Assembly: GCA_963805625.1 (NCBI GenBank)
Contig: CAWDVE010000010.1
Coordinates: forward strand, 1,088,001-1,152,000
DNA: 64,000 bases
Direction of reading: 5' to 3'
Origin: an uncultured Candidatus Rokubacteria bacterium
GTDB taxonomy: Bacteria > Methylomirabilota > Methylomirabilia > Rokubacteriales > DASRDR01
Of the stretch, positions 55,350-64,000 are shown one piece after another. Under the pieces are notes generated by a model. That model saw nothing but the letters and a program-made list of their open reading frames with translations. It made no database searches and was not told the origin of the DNA. Numbering within the stretch: the stretch's first letter is position 1; each line of letters begins with the position of its first letter. The translations under genes and the position numbers were made by a program.

Positions 55350-56198
55350 ATGAGCAACATGCTGAAGACGACCGTGTTCCTGGCCCTCCTGACTGGCCTG
55401 TTCATCGCCGTGGGCGGCCTCCTCGGGGGCCGGAGCGGCATGATGATGGCGTTCGTGTTCGCGCTGATCATGAACTTCGTGTCGTACTGGTTCTCGGACA
55501 AGATCGTCCTGAAGATGTACCGCGCCCAGCCCATCGGGGAGTCCGAGGCGCCGGTGGTGCACCGGATCGTGCGGAACCTGGCCACGCGGGCAGGCATTCC
55601 CATGCCGAAGCTCTACCTGATTCCCTCGGAGTCGCCGAACGCCTTCGCCACCGGGCGGAACCCGCAGCACGCCGCGGTGGCGGTGACCCACGGCATCATG
55701 CGAATCATGGACGAGACGGAGCTCGAGGGGGTGCTCGCCCACGAGCTCTCCCACGTCCTCAACCGGGACATCCTGATCTCGACGATCGCCGCGACGGTGG
55801 CCGGCGCGATCTCGATGCTTGCCAACATGGCCCAGTGGGGGCTGATGTTCGGGGGCTCCCGCCACGACGACGAGGGCCGGGGCACCAACCCGATCGCGCT
55901 GCTCCTGACGGTCATCCTGGCGCCGCTGGCCGCAATGCTCATCCAGATGGCGGTGTCCCGCTCGCGCGAGTACCAAGCTGACGCCTCCGGAGCCCAGCTG
56001 ACCCGCAACCCGAACGGCCTCGCGTCGGCGCTGACCAAGCTGGGCCAGGCGAGCCGGATCGTGCCCATGGACGCCAACCCGGCGACCGCACACCTGTTCA
56101 TCGTGAACCCGCTCAGCGGGCGCTCGCTGAGCAATCTCTTCGCGACTCACCCGCCGCTCGAGGAGCGTATCGCTCGGCTGCGGGCCATGCGCGTCTAG
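55350..56198 (+). CDS. htpX: Zinc metalloprotease HtpX
   Basis: [33 protein letters not shown]. Confidence 0.95.
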   Translation: MSNMLKTTVFLALLTGLFIAVGGLLGGRSGMMMAFVFALIMNFVSYWFSDKIVLKMYRAQPIGESEAPVVHRIVRNLATRAGIPMPKLYLIPSESPNAFATGRNPQHAAVAVTHGIMRIMDETELEGVLAHELSHVLNRDILISTIAATVAGAISMLANMAQWGLMFGGSRHDDEGRGTNPIALLLTVILAPLAAMLIQMAVSRSREYQADASGAQLTRNPNGLASALTKLGQASRIVPMDANPATAHLFIVNPLSGRSLSNLFATHPPLEERIARLRAMRV

Positions 56199-56225
56199 AT
56201 CAGCCGGGTCTCCGGCCCTTCAATG

Positions 56226-56261
56226 CGGCCGCAGGTCCCCCGAGAGTGGGGCCTGCGGCCG
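56226..56261 (+). terminator. 14-bp GC-rich hairpin after htpX (no U tract)
   Basis: CGGCCGCAGGTCCC-N8-GGGGCCTGCGGCCG with one G-U pair. Confidence 0.5.
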
Positions 56262-56325
56262 TTGCGTTCCAGGAACGAGATTCCTGCGTGACCGGACCCC
56301 TGGCTCGGCCGTACCCTAGGCTCCG

Positions 56326-57030
56326 ATGATCCAGACCAGCGGACTCGTGAAGCTCTACGGGATGCACGCCGCGCTGCGCGGCGTGACGCTGGAGGTCCCG
56401 TCGGGACAGATCCTGACCATCCTCGGCCACAATGGCTCCGGGAAGACGACGCTCGTGCGGCTCCTGGCCACCCTGGCGCGACCCACGGCCGGGCGCGGGC
56501 GAATCGGAGGCCACGACCTGATCGACGGGCGGGACGAGGTGCGCCGGCTGGTGGCACTCGTGGGGCACAGCACCCACCTCTACGACGACCTCACGCCCCG
56601 GGAGAACCTGGCTTTCTGGGAGGCCCTCGCCGGCCGCCGGGCTGACGCGGACCAGATCGACGCGGCGCTCGCGAGGGTCGGCCTCGACGCCCAGGCCGGC
56701 ACCCGCGTGCGCGCGCTCTCGAGCGGCCTCCGGCGGCGCGTGGCCCTGGCGCGGGCCATGCTCCGCGAGCCCCGGGTGCTGCTCCTCGACGAGGCCTTCT
56801 CGGGGCTCGATCAGGACAGCACCAAGCGTCTCGAGGACTACCTCCACGCCTTCAAGGCCGGAGGCGGCGCCGCGGTGGTGGTCACCCACAGCCTCGGGCG
56901 TGCCCTCGCCATCGCCGACCGCGTGGCGGTCCTCGCCGGGGGCCGCATCGCGGCCGAGGCGACCCGCGCGAGTCTCACCGAGGAGGCCCTCCAGCGGCTC
57001 TACCTCGGTGCCACGGAGGCGACGACGTGA
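56326..57030 (+). CDS. ccmA: Heme export ABC ATPase
   Basis: GHNGSGKTT, LYDDLTPRENL, LSSGLRRR, LLLDE; upstream of ccmB. Confidence 0.88.
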   Translation: MIQTSGLVKLYGMHAALRGVTLEVPSGQILTILGHNGSGKTTLVRLLATLARPTAGRGRIGGHDLIDGRDEVRRLVALVGHSTHLYDDLTPRENLAFWEALAGRRADADQIDAALARVGLDAQAGTRVRALSSGLRRRVALARAMLREPRVLLLDEAFSGLDQDSTKRLEDYLHAFKAGGGAAVVVTHSLGRALAIADRVAVLAGGRIAAEATRASLTEEALQRLYLGATEATT

Positions 57031-57046
57031 AGGGGAAGGCCGGGGC

Positions 57047-57727
57047 GTGAGCTCGTTCCTTCGCACGGCGTGGGCGGTCTTCTGGAAGGACCTGGCGATC
57101 GAGCGGCGGGCGAAGGAGGGCGCCAACGCGCTCGGATTCTTCGCGATTCTGCTTCTCTTCCTCTTCTACTTCGCCCTCGGGCCCGACGGTGACCGCATCC
57201 GCGCCGCGCTCCCCGGTCTGTTCTGGCTCGCGTTCATCCTGGCCGGGGTGCTCGGGCTCGGCCGCGCCTTTGCGCTCGAGCGCGAGAACGACTGCCTGGA
57301 CGGGCTCATCATGACGCCGGCCGACAAGGGGGCGATCTATCTCGGCAAGCTCGCGGGAACGACGGCGCTGATGCTGGCGATGGAAGTGGTCTTCGTCACG
57401 GCGACGGGGATCTTCTACAACCTCGACATCTGGGCGGCGGTGCCCCGCCTGCTTCTGGTCGCCCTGGCGGGCACGATCGGGTTCGCAGCCGTGGGGACCC
57501 TGTTCGCCGCCATGACCGCCCACCTCCGCGCCCGGGAGGTACTGCTCCCGGTGCTCCTGCTGCCGCTTGCGGTGCCGGTCCTCCTCGCCGCCGTGAAGCT
57601 GACGGACCTCGCGCTGGCGGGCGAAGGCTGGGGCCCCGCGTGGCCATGGTGGCAGCTGCTGCTCGGCTTCGACATCGTGTTCCTGGTCGCCGGGCTCCTC
57701 ACCTTCGAGTTCGTCCTGGAGGCCTGA
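57047..57727 (+). CDS. ccmB: Heme export permease
   Basis: WKDLAIERR, FALERENDCLDGL, REVLLPVLLLPLAVPVL. Confidence 0.92.
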   Translation: MSSFLRTAWAVFWKDLAIERRAKEGANALGFFAILLLFLFYFALGPDGDRIRAALPGLFWLAFILAGVLGLGRAFALERENDCLDGLIMTPADKGAIYLGKLAGTTALMLAMEVVFVTATGIFYNLDIWAAVPRLLLVALAGTIGFAAVGTLFAAMTAHLRAREVLLPVLLLPLAVPVLLAAVKLTDLALAGEGWGPAWPWWQLLLGFDIVFLVAGLLTFEFVLEA

Positions 57728-57729
57728 GC

Positions 57730-58395
57730 GTGCACCGGATCCTCGGCGGGCTGGCGGCGGTCCTCCTCGCGGTCGGACTCTGGCTCGGCCTGGGCGTGGC
57801 GCCCCGGGACGCGGTGCAGGGCAACGTGCAGCGGATCATGTACGTCCACGTCCCCGCGATCCTGACCGGCTACGTCGCGATCGGCCTCGTCCTGGTGGCG
57901 AGCGTGGCCTACCTGTGGACACGCCGGGCGGCCTGGGACCGCGTGGCCGCCGCCGGCGGCGAGCTGGCCGTCTGCTTCGTGGGGCTCACGCTGGCCACCG
58001 GATCGATCTGGGGCAAGCCCACATGGGGCACGTGGTGGACCTGGGACGCGCGGCTCACCTCGACCGCGCTCCTGTTCGTGATCTACCTCGGCTACCTGCT
58101 CCTCCGGAGCGTCGTGGAGGACCCCGAGCGCGCGGCGACCTATGCCGCGGTGCTCGGAATCGTCGGCGCGCTGGACGTCCCGATCATCCACTTCTCCGTC
58201 GAGTGGTGGCGCACGCTCCACCAGCCGGCGACCATGCTGAAGCCCCAGGCCCCCTCGATGGATCCGGTGATGCTCCGGGCGCTCCTAGTGAACGTCGCCG
58301 CCTTCCTGGCGACGTTCTCGTACCTAGCGATGCGGCGGTATCGGCTGCTGACGCTGCGCGCCGAGGCTCTCGCGCGAGCGATCGGGGATCCCTAG
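57730..58395 (+). CDS. ccmC: Heme chaperone loading protein
   Basis: RIMYVHVP, WWD motif TGSIWGKPTWGTWWTWDARLT, SVEWWRTLHQ. Confidence 0.95.
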   Translation: MHRILGGLAAVLLAVGLWLGLGVAPRDAVQGNVQRIMYVHVPAILTGYVAIGLVLVASVAYLWTRRAAWDRVAAAGGELAVCFVGLTLATGSIWGKPTWGTWWTWDARLTSTALLFVIYLGYLLLRSVVEDPERAATYAAVLGIVGALDVPIIHFSVEWWRTLHQPATMLKPQAPSMDPVMLRALLVNVAAFLATFSYLAMRRYRLLTLRAEALARAIGDP

Positions 58396-58961
58396 GAAGC
58401 CGCGCCCCGCGGCGCAAGCGGCACGCCGTGCGCGCGGGCCGAGGCGACGACCTCGAAGGTTCGGTCTGCCTCCACCTCGCCGTTGACGGCGATCTCCACT
58501 CTCCAGCGGCCAGGTCTGATCGTCCTTACCTCGAGCCAGAAATCCCCCGTCAAGACAAAGCCCGGGAGTGCGAGCTCCGAGCTGAGAAGACGCTTTGTCA
58601 TCCGGGCGGTCATACCACCATCCGGGCCGAACCATCGGACGCGCATCTCGTAGGAGCGGCCCGGCTCGACGTTGCCCAACGTGACGAAGACGTGAACTCT
58701 TTCGTTTTCACTTTGCGAGAACTGCTCGCGCGGTTCCCCCGGAATTGCTCGGCTGCGACAGTCCGTCTCACCGCTCTGCTCACATGCGGCGATCACGGCC
58801 TTCATGCGGGGCTCGAGCGTCTGCTCTCGGGAGCGTGGCTCCCACCGAACCGACGAGGTAAGGAGCACCGTGACAACACCTGGACGGCCACCGGTGGGCG
58901 CGTCCCCCGTACGGGACGTCACCGCCGATGCGCACCCCGCAAGAAGTGCCGCAGCGCACAC
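58392..58961 (-). CDS. Hypothetical lipoprotein with a beta-rich domain
   Basis: LLAGC lipobox; RWFGPDG and PGRWRVEIAVNG..RTFEV. Start uncertain; visibly less GC-biased than its neighbours. Confidence 0.6.
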   Translation of the reverse strand: MCAAALLAGCASAVTSRTGDAPTGGRPGVVTVLLTSSVRWEPRSREQTLEPRMKAVIAACEQSGETDCRSRAIPGEPREQFSQSENERVHVFVTLGNVEPGRSYEMRVRWFGPDGGMTARMTKRLLSSELALPGFVLTGDFWLEVRTIRPGRWRVEIAVNGEVEADRTFEVVASARAHGVPLAPRGAAS

Positions 58962-59048
58962 GCCTCCAACCCGGCGGCTGAAGAGACGGCTCGATCTGTG
59001 CCGCAGGACGACGGCCCGCGGCCGGCATCGCTAGGCGTCGGGACGGCG

Positions 59049-60287
59049 TCAAGGCGCCTCGGTAGTCCAGAAGAACTCGCGCCGCCCGCCGCGTGGAACG
59101 ACCACGAGGCCCGACGGATCGACACGGTAGCGCTCCCGGTCGGCGGCGGAGTCGAGGCCCAGCTGATACCCCGCCGGGATGATGTTGTAGCGGTCGACGA
59201 TGGCGCGCCGGAGATGAGCTCCCTTCCCCACCGACGTGAAGTCCATCACGATCGAGTCCTCGATCACCGCGCCCTCGTTCACCCACACGCCGCGCCCCAG
59301 GATCGAGTTCCGGATGGTGGCCCGCACCACGAGAGAGCCCTCACCCAGTTGAGCGTTCTCGAACTCCCCCCCGGTGATCCGCGCCGGCGGCCCGTCGTAG
59401 CGGCCCGCATGGATCGGCCAGCGCCGGTTGTCGAGGTCGAAGGCGGGCGTCTCCCCCAGGAGGTCCATGTGCGCGCGCCAGTACGCCTCGAGCCCCCCCA
59501 CGTCCCGCCAGTAACCAGGCTCCTCGTAGGGCTTGATCCCGGGCACCGCGTTCCCCTGGAAGTCGTAGGCGAAGACCCGCGCGGCCGGGACCAGCGCCGG
59601 GATGATGCTCTTCCCGAAGTCGTGGTCGGTGTTCTGGCGGGCGTCGGCGAGGAGCGCCTCGACGAGGACTCGCCGGGAGAAGAGGTAGTTTCCCATCGAC
59701 ACGAGCGCCTGCCGGGGGTTCCCGGGCAGGGCCCGCGGAGCCGTCGGCTTCTCGACGAAGTCGACGACGCGGCCGGTCGCGTCGACAGCGAGATTGCCGA
59801 AGCTCGACGCCTCGGACACCGGTACCGGGCGCGCCGCAACCGTGACGTCCGCGTCGTGCTCCCGGTGGAACGCCACCATCTGGTTCACGTCCATGCGGTA
59901 GATGTGATCCGCGCCGAACACGGCCACCAGGTCGGGGTCAAAGTCGTCGATCAGGTTGAGGTTCTGGAGGACGGCATCCGCGCTGCCGCGGAACCACACC
60001 TCGCCGATGCGCATCTGCGGCGGCACGACGGCGATGAAGTGGTCCGGCACCAGGCCGCTCGTCTGCCACGCGATGCGCAGATGCTCGATCAGCGACTGCG
60101 ACATGTACTGGACCAGGACGTAGAGCGAGAGGATGCGGGAGTTCACGAAGTTCGACAGTACGAAATCGACGATCCGGTAGCGCCCGCCGAACGGCACCGC
60201 GGGCTTGCTGCGCTCGCGTGTGAGGGGCTCGAGACGCGAGCCCCTCCCTCCGGCGAGAATCAGGGCGAGAACGCGGTCTCGCGGCAT
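59049..60287 (-). CDS. glgC: Glucose-1-phosphate adenylyltransferase
   Basis: LAGGRGSRLEPLT..RSKPAVPFGGRYR, GADHIYRMD, FVEKP, SMGNY, DFGK, YWRDVG. Confidence 0.96.
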   Translation of the reverse strand: MPRDRVLALILAGGRGSRLEPLTRERSKPAVPFGGRYRIVDFVLSNFVNSRILSLYVLVQYMSQSLIEHLRIAWQTSGLVPDHFIAVVPPQMRIGEVWFRGSADAVLQNLNLIDDFDPDLVAVFGADHIYRMDVNQMVAFHREHDADVTVAARPVPVSEASSFGNLAVDATGRVVDFVEKPTAPRALPGNPRQALVSMGNYLFSRRVLVEALLADARQNTDHDFGKSIIPALVPAARVFAYDFQGNAVPGIKPYEEPGYWRDVGGLEAYWRAHMDLLGETPAFDLDNRRWPIHAGRYDGPPARITGGEFENAQLGEGSLVVRATIRNSILGRGVWVNEGAVIEDSIVMDFTSVGKGAHLRRAIVDRYNIIPAGYQLGLDSAADRERYRVDPSGLVVVPRGGRREFFWTTEAP

Positions 60288-60348
60288 CGATGAGCCCTCG
60301 GGGCGCCGGGCATCCGAGTGGCGTCCCGGCAGCGCGTCCGGGAGTATA

Positions 60349-62598
60349 TCAGGCCGGCCCGGGCTTGAGCATCACCACGCCGAGCGGCGGGAGGGTGAGC
60401 GTCACCGACCACGGCTGGCCGATCCACGGCCGGGGCTCCGCCCTGACGCCGCCCGCGTTGCCGAGGTTGCTCCCTCCGTAGTAGGCGGCGTCTGTGTTGA
60501 GCAGCTCCCGGTAGAAGCCCTCCACCGGCACGCCGACGCGGTAGCCGTGCCGGGGAACCGGCGTGAAGTTGCACGCGACGAGCACGAAGTCTCGGGCGTC
60601 GCGCGCGCGCCGGACGAAGGCCACGACGCTCTGGTCGGCATCCGAGCAGTCCATCCACTCGAAGCCGGCCGGCTCGAAGTCGACCTGGTGGAGCGCCGGC
60701 TCCGCCCGGTACACGCGGTTCAGGTCCCGGACGAGGCGCTGGAGCCCGCGGTGGTACGGCCCCTGGTCGAGGAGGTGCCAATCCAGACTCGTATCGTGAT
60801 TCCACTCGCGCGTCTGCCCGAACTCGCCGCCCATGAAGAGATGCTTCTTGCCGGGGTGCCCGTACATGAACCCATAGAGGGCGCGGAGCCCGGCAAACTT
60901 CTGCCAGTCGTCACCCGGCATCTTGCCGTGGAGCGAGCCCTTGCGGTGGACCACCTCGTCGTGGGACAGCGGAAGCACGAAGTTCTCGTGCCACGCGTAG
61001 AGCAGCCCGAACGTGATCTGGTTGTGATGGTATTTCCGGTGAACCGGATCGAGTCTCATGTAGTCGAGGATGTCGTGCATCCAGCCCATGTTCCACTTGA
61101 ACCCGAATCCGAGCCCGCCGACGTACGTGGGGCGCGAGACCATCGGCCACGACGTCGACTCCTCGGCGATGGTCATCGCGGCCGGGTGATACCGATAGAC
61201 GACCTCGTTGAACTGCCGGATGAAGGCGATCGCCTCCAGGTTCTGGTTGCCCCCGTGGCGGTTCGGCAGCCACTCGCCCGGCTGCTTCGAGTAGTCGAGG
61301 TAGAGCATCGAGGCGACCGCGTCCACCCTGAGCCCGTCCAGGTGGTAGCGTCCGAGCCAGTAGAGCGCGTTGCCGATGAGGTAGTTGGCGACCTCGTGGC
61401 GGCCGTAGTTGAAGACCAGCGTCCCCCAGTCCGTCTGCTCGCGCTGTCGCGGGTCCGCGTGCTCGTAGAGGTGGGTACCGTCGAAGTAAACGAGACCGTG
61501 AGGGTCGCGCGGAAAGTGGGCCGGCACCCAGTCGAGGATGACGCCGATCCCGCGGCGGTGGAGCGCGTCCACGAAGGCCATGAAGTCCTTCGCCGTCCCG
61601 TACCGGCGGGTCGGCGCGAAGGCGCCGATCTGCTGGTAGCCCCACGATCCGTAGAAGGGGTGCTCGCCAATCGGCAAGAGCTCCACGTGGGTGTAGCCCA
61701 GGTCGCGAACGTAGTCCCCGAGCGCCTCGCCGAGCTCCCGGTAGGTGAGGAACCGGTTTCCTTCCTCGGGGACGCGCCGCCACGATCCCAGGTGGACCTC
61801 GTAGATCGAGATGGGCGCGTCCAGCGCGTTCCGGCGCGCTCGCTCGGCCGCCCAGGCCCCGTCGTCCCAGGGGTGCCCGTCGAGCGAGGCCACGACCGAG
61901 GCGGTGCGCGGCTCCTCGACCTCGAACTCGAAGGCGAAGGGATCCGCCTTCAGGGCGAGCAGCGCCCCCTCCTGCGCCAGGATCTCGAACTTGTAGCGGC
62001 TCCCCTCGCCGAGCCCGGGAACGAAGAGCTCCCAGATGCCGGCGCCGGGATGGCGACGCATCGGGTGTCGCCGGCCATCCCAGCCGTTGAAGTCGCCCAC
62101 GACGCTCACGCGTCGGGCGTTCGGTGCCCACACGGCGAACACCACGCCCGCCACGCCGTCCAGAACGGTCGCGTGGGCGCCGAGCTTCTCGTAGGCCTGG
62201 TAGTGCGTACCCTCGCCGAGGAGCAGACGGTCGAAGTCCGACAGCGTCGACGGGAACCGGTACGGGTCCTCGATCTCCCGGACGCGCCCGGAGGCGTCGG
62301 TCACCGCGAGGCCATACCGGAAGAGCGCCGCGCGCCGGGGAAACGTCGCCTCGAAAAGCCCGTCCGGATGCAGGCGCTCCATCTCGCGAGGAGCGACGCC
62401 GGGCTCCCCCGGGCGGACCTCGGCCCCGACCGCCCCGGGAAGGAACGCGCGGATCGCGACCGCCGTCGCCCTACCCTCGCGGCAGACATGGGGACCCAGG
62501 ACGGCGAAGGGATCCGGATGCCGGCCCGCCACCAGGGCCTCCACGTCCGAGGCCGGCAAGGAGCCGCGAACCGCCGATGGGCCCATGTCCTCGCCCAT
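60349..62598 (-). CDS. glgB: 1,4-alpha-glucan branching enzyme
   Basis: [47 protein letters not shown]. Confidence 0.97.
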   Translation of the reverse strand: MGEDMGPSAVRGSLPASDVEALVAGRHPDPFAVLGPHVCREGRATAVAIRAFLPGAVGAEVRPGEPGVAPREMERLHPDGLFEATFPRRAALFRYGLAVTDASGRVREIEDPYRFPSTLSDFDRLLLGEGTHYQAYEKLGAHATVLDGVAGVVFAVWAPNARRVSVVGDFNGWDGRRHPMRRHPGAGIWELFVPGLGEGSRYKFEILAQEGALLALKADPFAFEFEVEEPRTASVVASLDGHPWDDGAWAAERARRNALDAPISIYEVHLGSWRRVPEEGNRFLTYRELGEALGDYVRDLGYTHVELLPIGEHPFYGSWGYQQIGAFAPTRRYGTAKDFMAFVDALHRRGIGVILDWVPAHFPRDPHGLVYFDGTHLYEHADPRQREQTDWGTLVFNYGRHEVANYLIGNALYWLGRYHLDGLRVDAVASMLYLDYSKQPGEWLPNRHGGNQNLEAIAFIRQFNEVVYRYHPAAMTIAEESTSWPMVSRPTYVGGLGFGFKWNMGWMHDILDYMRLDPVHRKYHHNQITFGLLYAWHENFVLPLSHDEVVHRKGSLHGKMPGDDWQKFAGLRALYGFMYGHPGKKHLFMGGEFGQTREWNHDTSLDWHLLDQGPYHRGLQRLVRDLNRVYRAEPALHQVDFEPAGFEWMDCSDADQSVVAFVRRARDARDFVLVACNFTPVPRHGYRVGVPVEGFYRELLNTDAAYYGGSNLGNAGGVRAEPRPWIGQPWSVTLTLPPLGVVMLKPGPA

Positions 62599-62651
62599 GT
62601 GGTCGATTGTACGCGGACCGGCGCTGCGAGGACGCGGGTATACTACGTTCG
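62599..62651. promoter_or_regulatory. Back-to-back leaderless-type promoters for glgB and ccmD
   Basis: Minus TACAAT(62611-62606)-N7-ATG; plus TATACT(62639-62644)-N7-ATG; neither gene has an SD. Confidence 0.7.
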
Positions 62652-62789
62652 ATGAGCCATTGGACGTTCGTGCTGGGCGCGTACGTGCTGGTCTTCGGCG
62701 TCCTCGTCACGTACTGGTGGCGCGTGGAATCCGGGATCCGGATGCTCGAGCGCGAGATGGAAAGCCGGCCCGCGGGAGGGCGGCCATGA
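62652..62789 (+). CDS. ccmD: Heme exporter protein D
   Basis: 45 aa [11 protein letters not shown]..., single TM followed by a charged tail; ATGA overlap with ccmE. Confidence 0.8.
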   Translation: MSHWTFVLGAYVLVFGVLVTYWWRVESGIRMLEREMESRPAGGRP

Positions 62790-63253
62790 TCCGGCGGCGC
62801 CGCCTCCTTCTGGGCGCCGGGGTCATCGTCCTCGCGCTCGCCGCGCTCATCCTCACCGGCGTCAGGCAGTCGGTGGTTTACTTCGTCACCCCGTCCGAGC
62901 TCATGGCCGAGGACCGCCCTGCCGGGCGCGCCTACCGCCTGGGCGGCATGGTGGTCCAGGGCTCGCTCAAGCAGGACCCCGCCGTGCACGAGCAGCGGTT
63001 CCTCCTGACCGACGGCAAGGCGTCCGTCCCCGTCTACCACCGTGGCATCCCGCCGGACCTCTTCGGCGAGGGTCGCGGGGCCGTCGTGGAAGGAAAGCTC
63101 GGCGCCGACGGGACGTTCCAGGCCAGCACGATCATGGCGAAGCACTCCGAGGAGTACCGGGCACCGGCGGGGAGCGTGCCGGGCCACGAGGAGCTTCTCC
63201 GGACCCTCCGGCCGCCCGGCGGCAGCGCTGGCGGGAGCGGCGCGCCCCGGTGA
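62786..63253 (+). CDS. ccmE: Heme chaperone
   Basis: VYFVTPSE, RLGGMV..GS, GIPPDLFGEG, AKHSEEY heme motif. Confidence 0.95.
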   Translation: MIRRRRLLLGAGVIVLALAALILTGVRQSVVYFVTPSELMAEDRPAGRAYRLGGMVVQGSLKQDPAVHEQRFLLTDGKASVPVYHRGIPPDLFGEGRGAVVEGKLGADGTFQASTIMAKHSEEYRAPAGSVPGHEELLRTLRPPGGSAGGSGAPR

Positions 63254-63918
63254 AGCTCCAAGCTCGCTGGCTCATCCCGTTCGCTGCGCTTCCGGTCGTG
63301 GGGCTCCTCGCCTACGGTTTCCGCACCGACCCCCGCGCGGTCCCCTCACCCCTGGTCGGCCGCCCGGCTCCGGCCTTCGCGCTGACCACGTTCGACGGCA
63401 AGGCCATCAGCCTGGAGAGCCAGCGCGGCAAGGTCGTCGTCCTGAATTTCTGGGCGTCCTGGTGCTACCCCGCGTGCTACGAGGAGGCGCCGGTCCTCGA
63501 GGCAAACTGGCGACGGGTCGAGGCACAGGGAGGGGTGGTGCTCGGCGTCGCCATCCAGGACAAGAACCCGGCCTCGCTGGAGTTCATCCAGCGCTTCGGT
63601 CTCACCTTCCCCAACGCCCCCGACCCCGCAGGCAAGGTCTCGATCGACTACGGGGTCTACGGCGTGCCCGAGACGTTCGTGATCGACCGGCGAGGGGTGA
63701 TCCGCCGGAAGCACGTCGGCGCCGTCACCGAGGCGGTCTTCCGCGAGTGGGTCGAGCCGCTCCTCGGCGAGAGCGCGGCCATCGGAGGAGCGCAACACAT
63801 CCAACAGGACGAAGGCCGTCAGAATGACCGAAGGCCCGAGGCGGCGTGGCGGGTTGCCAGCTGGATGATCCCGCCGGCCGCCGCAGGCCGGAGGCCGTCG
63901 GATAGGCTTTCCCAATGA
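63250..63918 (+). CDS. ccmG: CcmG/TlpA-like thiol-disulfide oxidoreductase
   Basis: PSPLVGRPAPAF, NFWASWCYPAC, YGVYGVPETFVID; GTGA overlap with ccmE. Confidence 0.82.
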   Translation: MKLQARWLIPFAALPVVGLLAYGFRTDPRAVPSPLVGRPAPAFALTTFDGKAISLESQRGKVVVLNFWASWCYPACYEEAPVLEANWRRVEAQGGVVLGVAIQDKNPASLEFIQRFGLTFPNAPDPAGKVSIDYGVYGVPETFVIDRRGVIRRKHVGAVTEAVFREWVEPLLGESAAIGGAQHIQQDEGRQNDRRPEAAWRVASWMIPPAAAGRRPSDRLSQ

Positions 63919-64000
63919 GCGCGGCAGTGCGGCTCCTGACCGTCTGGCTCCTGATCCTCGCCATGAGCATCGGCGCCGGCCGCCTGACCCTGGCGGCGAC
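63915..64000 (+). CDS. 5' end of an exported protein, possibly CcmH
   Basis: ATGA overlap with ccmG; signal-peptide-like MSAAVRLLTVWLLILAMS. Identity inferred from position only. Confidence 0.4.
   Translation, partial: MSAAVRLLTVWLLILAMSIGAGRLTLAA

Noticed and set aside
57915-62655. Very long plus-strand ORFs (792 and 816 aa; also 47306-49609 and 49525-51603)
   Set aside because: They are mostly antisense shadows of glgC, glgB, nit/S2P and fabF, with no recognisable motifs.

Overview
This is a very GC-rich bacterial chromosome segment. Composition and gene repertoire suggest an uncultured soil lineage such as Ca. Rokubacteria/Methylomirabilota, but that is inference only. I found no rRNA, tRNA, CRISPR array, transposase or integrase. 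The left two-thirds is accessory metabolism: a polyamine-type ABC importer with a permease-ATPase fusion, LLM and FMN alpha-hydroxy-acid oxidoreductases, an acyl-CoA dehydrogenase pair, a PAS-GGDEF-EAL gene behind a sigma-54-type promoter, lhgO, a GcvT-type FAD oxidoreductase, a split 2-aminoethylphosphonate-type ABC operon, a frameshifted emrB/tetR-emrA locus, a wecE/GT-C/GNAT/GT2 glycosylation cluster, an RHH-MazF toxin-antitoxin pair and a GlnA4-like cluster. The right third is core genome: yceD-rpmF-plsX-fabD-fabG-acpP-fabF plus an RNase III-like gene, htpX, and a ccm operon split by glgB-glgC. The most notable observations are: (1) the RNase III homologue, mostly missed by the ORF track, lacks the dsRBD and two catalytic carboxylates; (2) it and a lipid-kinase gene have no canonical start and appear to start at CTG overlapping the upstream TGA; (3) a possible amino-sugar lipid-carrier/GT-C glycosylation system; (4) two operons split by multi-gene inserts with new promoter-like elements and no mobile genes; (5) about six deletion remnants of otherwise absent genes. 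All family calls come from motif recognition by eye; no database searches were run.
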